Source of the DNA: a virus
Lineage: Duplodnaviria > Caudoviricetes
Direction: 5' to 3' (one strand)
IMG/VR virus record: IMGVR_UViG_3300012943_000057
Coordinates: 1-25,338 of that record
Length of the DNA: 25,338 nt
Below the pieces are notes generated by a model that made no database searches, was not told where the DNA came from, and saw only the letters and a list, made by a program, of their open reading frames with translations. Within the stretch, counting starts at the first letter, position 1, and each line of letters begins with the position of its first letter. This document shows positions 22,569 to 25,338 of this stretch, piece after piece. The position numbers and the translations under genes were made by a program.

Positions 22569-25338
22569 TTAAGTCCAGCGTCTTAGAGAGTATTTAAAGT
22601 CACCATTGAAGCCGGTATTAGTCGATGTAAACAAGATTCTGAGATCTGCACCAGAGATATCTGCGGTGAAAGACACGCCGAGTGGATTGGTTTCTACATA
22701 GTCATCACTGAAGCCAACTACTGAACCGTTGTGGCCTACCAATAGGCGACCTGTCCTAGACTCACCATCGCGCTCACATGAATATTCGATAACTGCGTGG
22801 GTATGATCCGCTGCAGTGAGCGTAAACAGTGGAGTTGGTGAAACGATGTTGTCAGTTACAGTGATAGGACCAATCAATATGCCTTGATATAGGCCATTGA
22901 GGTTCAAGGCAAGAGCTGCCGTGTCGATCTTGAAGTTAGTGTTAGCTGCAAGTACGCCGCCACTGCTGAACTGCATGTCACCGTTGGTTCCAGCTGCTGC
23001 ACCGCCGCCGCTAAAGCCGCTATAGCTAGGTACGCCACCTGGGCCACCTGCTGAATTAGACCAACGACGGATCATGTATCTCATAGTAGCATTAGAGCCA
23101 CTATTATCTAGTGTGTAGCGAAGTCTTAGTGTTGTACCGCCAGAGATATCGCCCGAGAAGGTGATTCCAGAAGATCCGATATATGCACCAGTCGTCGTAA
23201 CATTAACAGTAGAGCCATCAGTAACAATATGAATTGTGCCTGTTTCAAGAGTGAGACCTCTTTGAACAGAATAGTCTACAATTTGATATTCACTACCAAG
23301 ATAGCTTACAGTGAATACGTTATCGGTAGTGTTATTATTTAGAGTGCTTGTGATTAGATTTGATTGTTCCCAGTAATCTGTACCGTTGAAGTAACGAACC
23401 TTGTCGTTAAATACCCAGTCAGTTCCAGTGAACTTACCAATCTGATCAGCGAATCCGTCGCCTGCGGTAACGATAATGGTATCGCCATCAGTTGGATCCA
23501 ATGCACCGTTGAAAGAAAACTGTGCAGTCCAACTGGTGATATTAGTACCTGAACCAACCGCTTTATATACGCGGTTAGGGTCCACTGATAAACCAGAGAA
23601 TAGCACTAAATCGCCTGCTTGGACATTGTTATTGTCTACAGTAACAGGATTGCCAGTGGGAAGTGTTGTGCTTACTGGATCATTGTATTTAACTTTAACT
23701 AGTGATCCACCAGATGGAACAAGAGGTGCAGAACCGATGACGGTAGTGCCATCCCATGTATAGACTACAGCTGTGCCAAGGCGAGATGCGATAACAAACA
23801 CGTTCTCTGCTAGTGGGATAGCAGATGTATTAGCAACTATAATGCTTGGCGTAGAGCTAGCATTACGGTCAATAACTACATAAGCAGATTGATTGACAAG
23901 CAACGATATACCAGGAGATGAATCTGGAAGTGCAATAGTTGCATTACCAGAAGCGCTAGGCTGCAAGATTGTTAGCGTGCTTCCTGGAGCTTGGAATGTA
24001 AGTTCTTGTGCAGCACCGTTTGCTGTATTGATAGCAGTGGTTGCTGTGGTGAGATATTTAACAGTCTTGTCTTGAGCTTTATCTGCCATCATGGCAGAAA
24101 GCTTAGATGCACGAATCGTTAAGCTATCTGTTTCACTTCCACCATAGTTCTGCTGGCCGTTGATAGCACCGTATCCGCCAGGAACAAAGTATAGAGGGTG
24201 TGTTTCAGCAAGAGAATGCATGCCGATAAATTTCTGAATGTTGTCAGAGTCGCCTTCACCGATATCGATGATCTCGCCCTGAACAACCTTAGTGATACCA
24301 GCTTCAGTGCGAACATCGATGCGAGCAAGGGCTGCAGTACCAACTGTTTCAGCAGCAAAAGCAGCTGATATTGGGAATTGAACTTGAGTAGAAGAACGTT
24401 CGTTTACAACTACGGCACCGTTGAAGTTAGTAGTACCAGCGATCTGGATAGTTTCGCCAGATTCAAACCCATGATTAGCAGATTCAAGTTGCAAGCCATA
24501 GCCATTGGTGCGGGCAGTGGTAGTCAATAGACCATAGCTACCAGAGAATGCGCCGACAGTGGTATTTGTAGTTTGGAAGTAGAAGGTGTTGGCATCTTCA
24601 ACTTCAACAGAGTACGTTCCTGCTTGTGCTGCAGGAGCAGAGATGATGATACGATCGCCGTCAAGCAATCCGTGGGCAGTAGAAGTTACTTCAGCCTTAG
24701 ATCCGTCGGCAGTATTTACTGTACCAGTCTTTGTAAAGCTTTGAATGCTAGCAATATTTTCGATGGTGTCGCTGCGAAGAGCGAGCCACATGAAGTTACC
24801 GCCAGTGGTACCGATTGCAGTATCATCGCGGTCAGAAACAACTACTTCTGAAGCAAGATAAACACCTTGATCATAGCGAGCACGTTCGTTAGAAGTACTT
24901 CCTAGGTAAGAACTGTTTAGTCGAACACTGCGAGCATTAGCAGCAGTAGTAACAGAACCGCCCATGTTGATAGCGTCATAAAACTCTTCTACGCGTAGGA
25001 ACAGGGTCGAATCATCACTGATCTTCTTAACCCAATCACCTTTAACAAGATTTGCAAATTTACCAACTGAACCGCCGATCGTGTTGATGTATGGTTGACC
25101 ATTGGTCCAAGCTACAGCTTCATCGAACGTGTTAATACTTTGTTGACGAACTAGAGGAAGGTAAGCAACTTGCTCATCTGCGAGCAAGATTGTTCCAGCA
25201 CGAATGATGGTGTCTTTAGGGGAAGCAGTCTGCTTGATGATGATGTCTTCAGACCAGTTCAAGGAACCAGGAGTAGCAGAGCTGTGGTTGTATTTACCCT
25301 TAGACTTGTAAGTGGTCGTTAGAGCATCAGCAAAGATA
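22569..25338 (-). CDS. Large virion structural protein, 5'-truncated by the window (>920 aa)
   Basis: The frame stays open from TTG 25262 to the window edge (IFADALTTTYKSKG...). It has 'HGL.DGD.I.I' / 'HGFESGETIQI' beta-barrel repeats and two C-terminal beta modules also seen at the end of 20224-22515. Confidence 0.85.
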   Translation of the reverse strand, partial: IFADALTTTYKSKGKYNHSSATPGSLNWSEDIIIKQTASPKDTIIRAGTILLADEQVAYLPLVRQQSINTFDEAVAWTNGQPYINTIGGSVGKFANLVKGDWVKKISDDSTLFLRVEEFYDAINMGGSVTTAANARSVRLNSSYLGSTSNERARYDQGVYLASEVVVSDRDDTAIGTTGGNFMWLALRSDTIENIASIQSFTKTGTVNTADGSKAEVTSTAHGLLDGDRIIISAPAAQAGTYSVEVEDANTFYFQTTNTTVGAFSGSYGLLTTTARTNGYGLQLESANHGFESGETIQIAGTTNFNGAVVVNERSSTQVQFPISAAFAAETVGTAALARIDVRTEAGITKVVQGEIIDIGEGDSDNIQKFIGMHSLAETHPLYFVPGGYGAINGQQNYGGSETDSLTIRASKLSAMMADKAQDKTVKYLTTATTAINTANGAAQELTFQAPGSTLTILQPSASGNATIALPDSSPGISLLVNQSAYVVIDRNASSTPSIIVANTSAIPLAENVFVIASRLGTAVVYTWDGTTVIGSAPLVPSGGSLVKVKYNDPVSTTLPTGNPVTVDNNNVQAGDLVLFSGLSVDPNRVYKAVGSGTNITSWTAQFSFNGALDPTDGDTIIVTAGDGFADQIGKFTGTDWVFNDKVRYFNGTDYWEQSNLITSTLNNNTTDNVFTVSYLGSEYQIVDYSVQRGLTLETGTIHIVTDGSTVNVTTTGAYIGSSGITFSGDISGGTTLRLRYTLDNSGSNATMRYMIRRWSNSAGGPGGVPSYSGFSGGGAAAGTNGDMQFSSGGVLAANTNFKIDTAALALNLNGLYQGILIGPITVTDNIVSPTPLFTLTAADHTHAVIEYSCERDGESRTGRLLVGHNGSVVGFSDDYVETNPLGVSFTADISGADLRILFTSTNTGFNGDFKYSLRRWT

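Noticed and set aside
10543-24851. Many 60-120-aa antisense and alternative-frame ORFs within the structural operon
   Set aside because: They are shadows of codon-biased Ala/Gly/Thr-rich genes and have no independent translation signals.
1-25338. Genome-wide TAG reassignment (genetic code 15) suggested by the CUA tRNA
   Set aside because: Coding density is already near complete in code 11, and no recognisable gene is split by TAG in this window.

Overview
This is a gene-dense segment of a large tailed-phage genome in standard genetic code (no long ORF is interrupted by TAG). Positions 1-7047 (- strand) hold an accessory/metabolic block: a DNA-methyltransferase-like gene with a degenerate catalytic motif, a HAD phosphatase, dUTPase, two tRNA-type genes flanking a PTH2-like peptidyl-tRNA hydrolase gene, a GH24 lysozyme and a UvsW-like SF2 helicase. 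Positions 7084-10417 (+) hold an HNH nuclease, a DnaB-like helicase and a Zn-finger/TOPRIM primase. Positions 10414-25338 (-) hold a tail-fibre/virion operon with several paralogous modules and a tail-fibre assembly chaperone. The most notable region is the translation module at 4031-4878. A tRNA-like RNA with an elongated anticodon arm is followed by an SD-led mini-ORF, ATG-ACC-TAG-GTT-TCT-AAA-CCG-CCC-TAA (M-T-amber-V-S-K-P-P-stop). Immediately after it is an anti-SD that can sequester the ribosome-binding site of the PTH2-like gene, and downstream of that gene is a CUA amber-suppressor tRNA. I infer an amber-readthrough-gated translational switch. Other signals include tandem GCGNAGC DNA mini-hairpins in the largest intergenic gap and recurrent leaderless -10 promoters. 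All protein calls come from motif recognition by eye; no database search was run.
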